Positions 47,663 to 57,600 of a stretch of DNA of 64,000 bases are shown here, one piece after another (within the stretch, counting starts at the first letter, position 1; every line of letters begins with the position of its first letter). The translations under genes and the position numbers were made by a program. This DNA is from an uncultured Gammaproteobacteria bacterium. Its GTDB lineage: Bacteria; Patescibacteriota; Patescibacteriia; SG8-24. The stretch is taken from assembly GCA_964486995.1 (NCBI GenBank), contig CAZAOV010000003.1, positions 686-64,685 on the forward strand, in the 5' to 3' direction. The notes beneath the pieces are model-generated. The model had not been told where the DNA came from. It saw only the letters and a program-made list of their open reading frames with translations, and ran no database searches.

Positions 47663-49576
47663 ATGCCAAAGATATTAGGAATCGACCTAGGAACAACCAA
47701 CTCATGCATGGCCGTCATCGAAGGTGGCCAGCCCAAGGTCGTTGAAAATAAAGAGGGTAATCGCACCACCCCGTCAGTGGTCGCGGTGACCAAAACCGGT
47801 GAGCGTCTAGTGGGCCAGATGGCCAAGCGACAGGCGGTCGTTAATCCGCATAACACCCTGTATTCGGTGAAGCGGTTCATTGGTCGTCGTTGGGAGGATA
47901 GTGAAGTGCAGGAGGAAAACGGCATGTTGCCGTTCGAGCTGGTCAAAGCCGGTGACGGCATAAAGGTGAAGATGGCGGACAAGGAATACACTCCGCAGGA
48001 GATTTCCGCCATGGTTCTGCAGAAGATGAAGGCTGATGCCGAGGAGAAACTCGGCGAGACAATCACCGAAGCGGTCATCACCGTTCCGGCGTATTTCGAT
48101 GACGCTCAGCGTCAAGCCACCAAGAACGCGGGTGAGATTGCGGGCCTGACCGTGAAGCGTATCATCAACGAACCTACGGCCGCCGCGCTCGCTTACGGTT
48201 TCGATAAAAAGCAGGGCAAGATTGTGGTGTACGACTTGGGTGGCGGCACGTTCGACGTATCCGTGCTGGACGTTGCCGAGGACACCGTGGAGGTGATGGC
48301 CACCAACGGCGATACCCATTTGGGCGGCGACGATTTCGATCAGAAACTGATTGCCTGGATTATCGGTGAGTTCAAGAAAGCCGAGGGAATCGATCTCTCC
48401 AAGGACACTCTGGCGTTACAGCGCATCAAGGAGTCGGCCGAGAAAGCGAAGATTGAGCTGTCGACCGCACAGCAGACCGAAATCAACCAGCCGTTCATCA
48501 CTTCCGACGAGAACGGCCCGAAGCACCTGGTACTCAATATGACCCGCGCCAAGCTCGAGGAGCTGGTGGGGGATTTGGTGACCAAGACCCTAGAGCCGTG
48601 CAAGAAGGCGTTGGCCGATGCCGGTATCGACAAGGGCGCCATCAACGAGGTGGTCATGGTCGGTGGTATGACCCGCATGCCTCTAGTGCTGAAGATCGTC
48701 GAGGAGTTTTTCGGCAAGAAGCCGAACGTTTCCGTGAATCCGGACGAGGTGGTCGCCATGGGTGCGGCGGTTCAGGCCGGTGTGCTGCAGGGCGACGTGA
48801 AGGACGTGCTGTTGCTGGACGTCACTCCGCTGTCACTCGGTATCGAAACTCTGGGCGGCGTGATGACGAAACTTATTGACCGCAACACTACCATCCCGAC
48901 CTCTAAGACCCAGACTTTCTCCACTGCCGCCGACAATCAGGCGTCGGTCGAGATTCATGTTTTGCAGGGAGAGCGCGAGTTCTCTAAGGACAACAAGACT
49001 TTAGGGCGATTCATCTTGGATGGCATTCCGCCGTCACCGCGCGGCATTCCGCAGATCGAGGTAGCGTTTGATATTGACGCCAATGGCATTCTGTCGGTGA
49101 GCGCCAAGGACAAGGCTTCCGGCAAGGAGCAGAAGATTACCATTACCGCCTCGACCGGCCTGTCCGAGGAAGAAATTGAAAAGATGAAGAAAGACGCCGA
49201 AGCGCACGCCGAAGAGGACAAGAAGAAGAAAGAAATGGTCGAGCTCAAGAACAACGCCGAGAGCATGGTGTATACCACCGAGAAGATGCTCAAGGATTAT
49301 GCCGACAAGGTTGATGAAGAGAAGCTGAAGCCAGTGAAGGAAAAGCTCGAAGCGCTGAAGGCCGTCAAAGACAGCGAAGACGCCGAAGCCATCAAGAAAG
49401 CCGCCGACGAACTCGGCGAGGCCGCCCAAGTTATCGGTACTGAGATGTACCAGAAGGAGCAGGAAGCCGCGGCCGCCGCCGGTGGCGCCGACGCCAAACA
49501 AGAACAACCCGCCGACGGTGAAGCCAAAAAAGACGACGGCCCGATTGATGCGGAGTTTGAGGAGAAGAAAGATTAA
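47663..49576 (+). CDS. dnaK: Molecular chaperone DnaK
   Basis: [38 protein letters not shown]. True start taken as MPKILG at 47663. Confidence 0.98.
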   Translation: MPKILGIDLGTTNSCMAVIEGGQPKVVENKEGNRTTPSVVAVTKTGERLVGQMAKRQAVVNPHNTLYSVKRFIGRRWEDSEVQEENGMLPFELVKAGDGIKVKMADKEYTPQEISAMVLQKMKADAEEKLGETITEAVITVPAYFDDAQRQATKNAGEIAGLTVKRIINEPTAAALAYGFDKKQGKIVVYDLGGGTFDVSVLDVAEDTVEVMATNGDTHLGGDDFDQKLIAWIIGEFKKAEGIDLSKDTLALQRIKESAEKAKIELSTAQQTEINQPFITSDENGPKHLVLNMTRAKLEELVGDLVTKTLEPCKKALADAGIDKGAINEVVMVGGMTRMPLVLKIVEEFFGKKPNVSVNPDEVVAMGAAVQAGVLQGDVKDVLLLDVTPLSLGIETLGGVMTKLIDRNTTIPTSKTQTFSTAADNQASVEIHVLQGEREFSKDNKTLGRFILDGIPPSPRGIPQIEVAFDIDANGILSVSAKDKASGKEQKITITASTGLSEEEIEKMKKDAEAHAEEDKKKKEMVELKNNAESMVYTTEKMLKDYADKVDEEKLKPVKEKLEALKAVKDSEDAEAIKKAADELGEAAQVIGTEMYQKEQEAAAAAGGADAKQEQPADGEAKKDDGPIDAEFEEKKD

Positions 49577-49594
49577 ACTTTAATTGAGAAGATC

Positions 49595-49891
49595 ATGCAA
49601 TCTCAACAACAGAACCAAAAACAACTCCAACTAAAAGCCGACGACGCAACCCTCAAAGGCGTGTACACCAACAACATGCAGGTTGCACACACCAAGGAGG
49701 AGTTCATCGTTGACTTCATGAACATGTTCCCGCCGGTGGCGACGCTGAACGCGCGGGTCATCGTGTCGCCCGGACACATGAAGCGCATGCTCGCCGCGCT
49801 TGCCGAGAACGTCAAGCGCTACGAAGAAACCCATGGCGTCATCGAAGCGGCCAACGCCCCGGAGAACGAGATGGGTTTCAAGACTGCGTAG
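49595..49891 (+). CDS. DUF3467 family protein
   Basis: GVYTN...HTKEEF..DF...ARVIVSPGHMKR..L.ENV..YE...G.I. Confidence 0.85.
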   Translation: MQSQQQNQKQLQLKADDATLKGVYTNNMQVAHTKEEFIVDFMNMFPPVATLNARVIVSPGHMKRMLAALAENVKRYEETHGVIEAANAPENEMGFKTA

Positions 49892-49938
49892 TTGTTTGAC
49901 ATTTCTGTGACCAAAAGGTAAGTCGTGACCGTAATTAA

Positions 49939-49979
49939 TCTCCCGTGTCATTTCTGCGAAGGCAAGAATGATACGGGGA
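49939..49979. repeat. Hairpin related to a family C repeat arm
   Basis: CCCGTGTCATTTCTGCGAAGGCAAGAATGATACGGG. Confidence 0.45.
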
Positions 49980-50035
49980 AGGCAGGTGTAACAGAGAGGG
50001 CAATACATAAAAAGCAAGGAACTAATTAGTGATAG

Positions 50036-51115
50036 ATGGCAGGAGACTACTACGACCTACTAGGAATCCAAAAAAACGCCTCACAAGACGAAGTGAAGCG
50101 TGCTTTTCGTAAACTCGCCAAGGAATATCATCCGGATCGTGGCGGAGACGAGAAGAAGTTCAAGGAAATCAACACGGCCTATCAGACACTGGGCGACGAA
50201 AAGAAGCGCGCTCAATACGACCAGTTTGGTCATTCCGCCTACGAACAGATGGGCGGCATGGGCGGAGGCCCGCAAGGTAATCCGTTCGGCGGCGGTTTCG
50301 GCGGCGCGCAAGGCTTCAACATCAACATGGAAGACTTGGGTGACCTGTTTGGTTCCGCGTTCGGCGGGGCGTTCGGCGGCGGCGGTCGATCGCGCGGCCC
50401 CAAACGCGGACGTCATATCGAAATGGACATCCCGCTCACGTTCGAAGAAGCCGCGTTCGGCGTGGAGAAAAAAATCAATCCATACAAAACCGTCACCTGC
50501 GACGATTGCGAAGGAACCGGGGCCGAGAAAGGCACCAAAATGAATACCTGCACCAACTGCGACGGAGCCGGCCAAGTCAAAACAGTACAGAACACCATTC
50601 TTGGGAGCTTTCAAGCCGTTCGGCCCTGCACCCGCTGCAGCGGTGAGGGCAAGACCCCAGAAAAACTCTGCTCAACCTGCGGCGGTGCCGGCGTCATCAA
50701 GAAAGCCAAAGAAATCGAAGTAAAAATTCCAGCTGGCATCAACGACGGCGAGGTGTTGCGCGTGGGCGGTGAAGGCGAAGCGGTCAAAGGCGGGCGTGCC
50801 GGTGACCTGTATCTCACCATGCACCTAAAGCCACACAATAAATTCGAACGCGACGGTTTTAACGTGTACGCAGAAGAAGAAATTTCTTTTGCCCAAGCCG
50901 CTCTTGGCGACAAAGTAGAAACCGACACTCTAGATGGCAAGGTAGATTTAAAAATCCCAGCCGGCGTCCAACCGGAAACCGTGCTCAGACTCAAGGGTAA
51001 AGGTGTGCCGTTCCTCAAGGGGTCTGGCCGCGGTGATCACTACGTTACTATCAAAGTGAAAGTCCCCGCCAAACTCTCGCGCAAGCAAAAGAAGATTCTC
51101 GAGGAATGGGATTAA
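50036..51115 (+). CDS. dnaJ: Molecular chaperone DnaJ
   Basis: J-domain HPD, G/F region, four CxxCxGxG repeats. Confidence 0.98.
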   Translation: MAGDYYDLLGIQKNASQDEVKRAFRKLAKEYHPDRGGDEKKFKEINTAYQTLGDEKKRAQYDQFGHSAYEQMGGMGGGPQGNPFGGGFGGAQGFNINMEDLGDLFGSAFGGAFGGGGRSRGPKRGRHIEMDIPLTFEEAAFGVEKKINPYKTVTCDDCEGTGAEKGTKMNTCTNCDGAGQVKTVQNTILGSFQAVRPCTRCSGEGKTPEKLCSTCGGAGVIKKAKEIEVKIPAGINDGEVLRVGGEGEAVKGGRAGDLYLTMHLKPHNKFERDGFNVYAEEEISFAQAALGDKVETDTLDGKVDLKIPAGVQPETVLRLKGKGVPFLKGSGRGDHYVTIKVKVPAKLSRKQKKILEEWD

Positions 51116-51131
51116 CAATCACGCGCTCGAG

Positions 51132-51200
51132 AAAAAACCGTCAGACTTGTTTTATGGGAGAGGCGTAGCCGATGCCTTAAAACAAGTCTGACGGTTTTTT
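51132..51200. repeat. Palindromic REP/MITE-like element, family A copy 2
   Basis: 23-bp perfect inverted repeat AAAAAACCGTCAGACTTGTTTTA with a 23-nt spacer. Confidence 0.85.
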
Positions 51201-51311
51201 AGAAGGAACCAAAAAATCCTTATTGTGGATATCCGCACGACACTACCCGCATCCCATGCTATACTAACAACGATTAAGGAGGAATAATGCGACATTGTCG
51301 CTAATTGGGCG

Positions 51312-51908
51312 ATGCCCATACTATTAGTTGCAACAGTATCAGCCGATTCAGCTGGCAGCGGTCTAGCAAAGGCCGCCGGCAGTCTTATTGGTTATGTACA
51401 AGCTCAGTTCATGTCTGTTAATTGGGCCTCGCCAACTTGGGACTTATTCATCGTGATGTTCTTCATACTGACCGTTTTCCTATACGGCATGTCACTCGGT
51501 CGCGATCGTATCATTGTGATTTTGGTTTCTATCTATATGGCCATGGCTGTGGTGTCGAACGCACCCATAATCGGCGGCGCCAATCCCAATCATGACGTGC
51601 AGTTCGGCAATATTTTCGCCATGAAAGTATCAGCCTTCCTAGGACTGTTTATTCTGCTGTTCTTTCTGTTGTCACGCTCCGCACTAATGAAAACTTTTGG
51701 CAACATGGCGGCCGGAAAATGGTGGCAAGTTCTGGCGTTTTCGATTTTTCATGTTGGTTTATTGATTAGCATCACGCTGTCTTTTTTGCCGGCCGAGGCG
51801 GTTGGGCAGTTGGCTCCCATCACTCGAAACTTGTTCGCCTCGGATATCGCAAAGTTCGTGTGGGTGGTAGCGCCGATAACCGGCATGATTTTTTTGAAGG
51901 GTGATTGA
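51312..51908 (+). CDS. Membrane protein (CvpA-like)
   Basis: About 5 TMs; WDLFI..LYGMSLGR..IY.A. Start uncertain. Confidence 0.6.
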   Translation: MPILLVATVSADSAGSGLAKAAGSLIGYVQAQFMSVNWASPTWDLFIVMFFILTVFLYGMSLGRDRIIVILVSIYMAMAVVSNAPIIGGANPNHDVQFGNIFAMKVSAFLGLFILLFFLLSRSALMKTFGNMAAGKWWQVLAFSIFHVGLLISITLSFLPAEAVGQLAPITRNLFASDIAKFVWVVAPITGMIFLKGD

Positions 51909-52095
51909 GCTGATCGCATTAAATTTAGTGTAATAATTTTACAAGAGCGTCAGGCTCTTTTTGTTTGTATTCAAATCTTGCGGCGTTAGCCCGGGGGTTG
52001 TAAATTTTGTTGATTAACAAAAGATGACAGGTAAGCATGTACGAAAATCACTAAACAAAAATCACCTCGTTGCCGAGGTGATTTTTTATCCAATG

Positions 52096-52818
52096 CTATT
52101 CCGCAGTATCCGGTTCCGGAATCTCATCTACCGGTTGAATATCATCCGGCGGTGGCTCTGGCAGCGGAATGTCACCTGGTGGCGTCGGAGGATTAAATGG
52201 CGCGTCCTCTATCCCTATTTCAGCTGACAGCGATATTTCGGTTGCGTCAAACGAGCTGTTTTCTCGGATATTGACATCCGTTGTGACATTCACAGTCGAG
52301 CCTATTTTCAGGTCTGATAATGACAGCTCTTCTTCCTCGAAGATTTCAGGTGGCTCCGGTGGCGTGCCGTCACTTTCCGGATCGAAGTTCGAAATAGCTT
52401 CATCGAATGCTCGAAAAGCTGCGTTTAACTCTTCCGGATCCTTCGGTGTCTGTTGAACAATCGTGACATCAGACGGGATACTGACACGAAAAGTTCTGGC
52501 GTCCTCAATCGGTGACAAGGCGGCGCTGATTTCGATATAGCCAGATCCGACTTCCGTAATCTCGCCCTCAACGTAATAAACAGTTGAATTAGGATCGAAC
52601 TCCGGCGGCAGGTATCCGGAATTCAGTAGGCGCTGTAAGACCTCGGAGTCTGAACAGTCCGCGCCCCCAGAAATAATGTTTTTTCCAGGGAGTACGCCCT
52701 TTCCGCTACCGACCGTATAGCCAATCAGGAACGATGCGGCAATCAGTATTACCCCAATTAATATCGCCAACACCAGCGTCATCTTACCGCGTGGCGGGCT
52801 TGTTGTGTCTCCATTCAT
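52096..52818 (-). CDS. Membrane-anchored protein with OB-like beta domain and Pro/acid-rich tail
   Basis: TM; VEGEITEV..LSDLKIGSTVNV..FDATEI. Confidence 0.65.
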   Translation of the reverse strand: MNGDTTSPPRGKMTLVLAILIGVILIAASFLIGYTVGSGKGVLPGKNIISGGADCSDSEVLQRLLNSGYLPPEFDPNSTVYYVEGEITEVGSGYIEISAALSPIEDARTFRVSIPSDVTIVQQTPKDPEELNAAFRAFDEAISNFDPESDGTPPEPPEIFEEEELSLSDLKIGSTVNVTTDVNIRENSSFDATEISLSAEIGIEDAPFNPPTPPGDIPLPEPPPDDIQPVDEIPEPDTAE

Positions 52819-52954
52819 ATAATTTTTTAAAGAATGTTTTAGTTGATTCTATTACATTATAATCCCTTATCGTATGGTTAGTCATTGGTCGTTGTGGATA
52901 AGGAATAATATAAGAAGACAAAATGTGGTAAAATCGAGACAGATTCATTCGATT

Positions 52955-54334
52955 ATGCCAGCAAAGAAAAAGGCATCGAGTAAGCCAGCCACGAAGCGAG
53001 CCGTCAAGAAATCGATTACAGCTCGTTCCGCCAAAGTCGCGCCCAAGAAACGGGCGACGCCTTCTTCTGGTGCCTCAAAGAAGAAAATGACGAGTAAAGC
53101 CAAGACAAGAAAAACCGCGGCCCAGAAGACGGCCAAGAATACAACCACGAAAAAAATCACCAAGAAAACTGCTGAGGTGAAGACCGCTACTGTACCGGTT
53201 AAACATAAACCTCGATACGAGTATGCGCTGGCGTTTATTTTGACGCTCAGCGCAATTTTGTTGATTGGCTATACGGCTCGGATAGTAACCGCCGCGGAAT
53301 TCGCAGAACCGCCAGGCGGTCCGTCTGAAGGCAATATTCCGGTTACGGTTTGGAATCGTGACGCTACGGTCATTGGCAGTGAGGGTGGTATTTGGCCAGA
53401 GAAGCAACAGGACACTTCTATTAACATCGACGGACAAATATATTTTGGCGATGTATCGCTTCAGCTGGCCAATGATGGGGTGCCTCAATACGGACTGTAT
53501 GGACAGATTCATTACTACGATGGTTTGACCGGCATTACTTACATGGGCTCGGAAGATTATTTTATCAAGATGGATGCGACTCATACTAATTATCCTGGGG
53601 CTGGAGACACTAGCAACTACTCACGTTTTTACGTCAACCGTGGCGGGACGCTATATGGTGCCGGCGGCGGTTCCATCGGTAGTTATTTTGTGGTTGGTAG
53701 CTCCAACAAACAAATGCTTGAAAACGGTTCTTCGACTTATATCTATCAAGGCCTAGCCAGATTTGATGAGACAAGTCCCGGCGGAGACTATTATGCCGAC
53801 CCGGACTTAGACTATTTTTTGTGGATGAAGTCGTATGACTATACCGGTAGTCCGGATGTGGGTTATACTGACCGATTTACCGTAGATGTAACCGGAGACG
53901 TTTGGGCCAGCGAAGACATCAAAGCCGACGGCTGCTTCGGTCCAAGTTTTATCGGTCTAACCGTCACCGGCGGACAGGGCGGTGGCGTGTTTCGTCCTCA
54001 AGATGTAGCTGGGTATTACGGGGGCAACAATCGTTGCCAAGTTGATTATCCCGATTACGAAGGCACACATGTTTGTCAGATTTCAGAGCTGCTCGAAAGC
54101 ATCAAGTGTTCCGAACCCGGTGACGCATTTCGTAGCGTACTTGATGGGACTCGAGCTTGGGTAAACGGCGGTCCCCCAGGACATATTTCTAATTACAACG
54201 ATTGTGAAGGCTGGTCCAGTTCGTCCGCGGACAGCTATGCTCGCTATTGGATTTTTGACACGATTACCGGCGGGCGCGGAACAGGGGTTTCTTGTAATAC
54301 CGTAAACGGACTCCAGTTCGCCTGCTGTTACTAG
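52955..54334 (+). CDS. Surface protein: histone-H1-like K/A/T-rich N-terminus, TM, Cys-rich lectin-like C-terminal domain
   Basis: MPAKKKASSKPATKRAVKK...; TM ALAFILTLSAILLIG; C-terminal HVC..AW..NDCEGWSS..SCN..FACCY. Confidence 0.7.
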   Translation: MPAKKKASSKPATKRAVKKSITARSAKVAPKKRATPSSGASKKKMTSKAKTRKTAAQKTAKNTTTKKITKKTAEVKTATVPVKHKPRYEYALAFILTLSAILLIGYTARIVTAAEFAEPPGGPSEGNIPVTVWNRDATVIGSEGGIWPEKQQDTSINIDGQIYFGDVSLQLANDGVPQYGLYGQIHYYDGLTGITYMGSEDYFIKMDATHTNYPGAGDTSNYSRFYVNRGGTLYGAGGGSIGSYFVVGSSNKQMLENGSSTYIYQGLARFDETSPGGDYYADPDLDYFLWMKSYDYTGSPDVGYTDRFTVDVTGDVWASEDIKADGCFGPSFIGLTVTGGQGGGVFRPQDVAGYYGGNNRCQVDYPDYEGTHVCQISELLESIKCSEPGDAFRSVLDGTRAWVNGGPPGHISNYNDCEGWSSSSADSYARYWIFDTITGGRGTGVSCNTVNGLQFACCY

Positions 54335-54664
54335 TCACCAAACCAAAAACAAAATAAAAACAGCTCCGTCTTAGCGGCGCTGAATTTATTTTAGGTTATG
54401 TGATTGATAAAGGTTCACAACTCATAGATTTGAGCGAGCATTTGGCATGTCAGAATATAGATTTTTACCTAAAAATGAAAGATAAACCGTCAGAAATCCC
54501 TGCGGTTCATTTTAAGTTTTGAAACAAAATAGTTATTCACGTGTTAAGACAGCATTTTTTCAATATAATTAAGGCTAGGAAACCTGTGGATAATTTGATA
54601 TAATATAAAGGTAGATAAGTTGCTAGATGTGACCGGCATTTAGCACAGTTTAACCCCCGCAACC

Positions 54665-57600
54665 ATGAAGTACGCTGTATCCACCCGAACACATTGGGCG
54701 ATGCTTATTGTGCTGACGGTTGTTTTTGTATTTGTTTCATTTTTTACCTCAGTCGATTTGGTTCGCGCAGTAACGTATTGCCCCTATGACAGCACACAAG
54801 CGACCTGCGAATGTCCCACGTCCGGTCCTGGGGTGACCTGTATTGAGCCGCAGCTCTACGCCCAGGGTTCTTGCTACAACGATGTCCGGCCGTGCGCTTC
54901 GAATCAGCGCATGAATTGCGATACCGGCAGTTGCGTCTGTAACACGCCCGATTATCCGTGTTCCGGCTGTACCGCGGCTCAGACCACAGTGGGCGCGATT
55001 TGCGATCACCGTTCGACCGACGCTGGCGATTGTGCCGACAGCTCTGAATACACTAGCCAGTGCGGAGCATGGACTTGCCCTGCAGGTACGACTCTGTGTA
55101 ATTCTCCGGCCCCCGGGGTATGTGTACCCAACCGCACCTGTCCGCCGGGTATGACTTGGGACGTTTGTAGTGACACTTGCTCAACGTACTACGTTTTGAC
55201 CAATCCAACCCCAGAGGTTTCGCCACAGCCGGCCAACCCAGAAATCGAAGGTAATTTCACCGTGTTTGGTGACGATGCCGGAGAGGGTGATATCTACATG
55301 TCCAACGGCAAGGCATTGCGCGTGGACGGAACCGGTTCCACCACTCTGAATATCGGCAACTGGGGCGGCGGCGGCTTTTCGTTCGAGGCCTTTGGCTCAC
55401 TCAAGGCCGACGATATCACGACTGACACCGGCAACATTGATTCTACGACCGGCACTCTAAATCTTGGAGGCGGCGCATCTTCTAGCGGATGTACGGTTAC
55501 CACCGCTGGAGACTACAGCTGCAGCGGTGATTTTGTCGAAGCCGGTGCGCCACTATCGAACAAGTATTTGGCGTATGACAGTTACGTGCAGAGCAACAAC
55601 CCCTTCAGCCCCAAAGGAAAATTTTTCATCCCGGAAATTAATAACGGATTCTTTCGTGGTGAATCTAGATTTGCCGTAAATCATACTGGATTCGATCATT
55701 TCTGCTCGACCAATTATCTTTTTGATAACAATTATGAAAGTGGGTGCATCATCGGCACTGGCGGTGGACCTGCCGTAGTTACTATTGATTTGACGGCAAA
55801 AACTGAGTTTTCACCGACTTCAGGTATTGTCTATCCTCAAGGCTATATTTACTTCAACATAAATTATACATTTGGCATTCAGAGTGTTAGCGGTCGGATG
55901 TTTTGGTCGCACCCGTCTAATGGCACGTCTGGTTGGGTAACTCTGTCCGCAGAAGATGTTAGTGCAGCCAGTCAGTTACAACAGTGGAGGATGACTGTTC
56001 CGGCAGTTGTGAATTACGTCAAAAAATTTGAATTTACCATCGAAGCACTCCCCACTGCACCCAGTCCACCCAATCCGCAGCATAACGGCTGGATAACCGA
56101 GATTGAATACTTTCAGACGCGTCCAGCTGGCGCTGCTCCGTCGCTTTTTACAAAATACAAGGAAAATAGGACCTATTCGAATTTTTATTTAAATGATGCT
56201 GCCAATTCCCCGGTAGTGACGTTGGACACCTCAGGAAACATCGATGCGGAGGGAGATATTGGAGTGGGTGATGCGCTGTGCCTGCGCGGCGATTGTATCA
56301 CCGATTGGATGGATGGTTTTACGCCAGGCAGCTCTAGCGGTGATACGTTGCGCTGGAACGGCACCGATTGGATTGCGAGTTCCAATCTGACAAATACGGG
56401 TACGCGGGTTGGCATAGGCACGGATACCCCGGCGGGCGCGTTGGATGTTCATCCTGGAGGTGCGCAAACTGCTGGCGACTTGGTGGTCGATACTACCGGC
56501 AAGACAGTATACGTCGGTCGCATTAGCACCACGGGGGGCGACAACAGCAATTTCGTGTTTAGAGATCGGCTGGGCAACGCCAGATTTACGCTGTCCCCTG
56601 GCATGCATCGCTGGAATCCGGAAGTCGGACACATTATGCTGATGCCGTCATCTTCCTATGGTGTTGCGGTTGGTGCGGCAAATGCCGGTACAGCCAAACT
56701 ATATGTAAACGGCAGTCTCGGCGTTAATACCAGCAGTCCGGCATATGATGTCGACATTGACGGAGACGTACGTATCACGGGGCAGTTGATAGTTGAAGGT
56801 GGCGGCGTAATTGGCGGCAGTGGCACGGCTAATACCATACCCAAATTTACCGCCGGTTCGATAATTGGTAATTCTGCCATTACAGAATCTGGCGGAAACG
56901 TTGGTATCGGAGACGTATCCCCAGCCACCATCCTGGATTTGAATAATACCTATGGAGATCCCGGAACAGTTCCAAATAAAATCGCACTGTGGTATGGCGG
57001 AGCCAATAACTATATGGGTTTCGGTGTGAGTGGTGGTGATTTAGATTATTTCTCTCAGGGGAATCATCGTTTCTATACTCAGTACAATGGCACACCCGGC
57101 ACTGAAAAGATGGTGATTGCGGACAACGGTAACGTTGGTATCGGCACATCTAGTCCCGTGCTCAAACTTCAGGTCACGGGTGATATACAGGCCAGTGATG
57201 GAATAGGTTTTGGTGGTCTGTCCCCGGGATATGTTTTAGGCGGGAGGCCGTTTAGCATGGCTGGCCGGAGTCCGCAAGAAGATGCTGGTGCCGCCGTTTT
57301 GTTCGGTAGCGGTGCATACGGACCAAACTATATCGAATTGATGCGGCAAAGTTACGGGATTTTAAGCAATAGCCACATCTACACCACTGCCAATATCTAT
57401 TCGTATGGACATACATACTTAGGCGACGCAGCCACTGATACCGTTTTTTGGCGAAGTGCTAATAGTTACATATATAACGATCACAATTTCCGTGACGCTG
57501 TGACCGGCAGTACGATGTTGTATCTGGACAATGATACGCAATATGTTGGAGTCAATACCACTACGCCGACTCGAACCCTGTCGGTTGCTGGAGATATCGC

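Noticed and set aside
54000-54334. Lectin-like C-terminus as a possible DGR variable region
   Set aside because: No template repeat or reverse transcriptase is present in the window.
54335-54664. AT-rich intergenic region as oriC
   Set aside because: Only one clear DnaA box, no dnaA/dnaN nearby, and similar boxes are scattered elsewhere.
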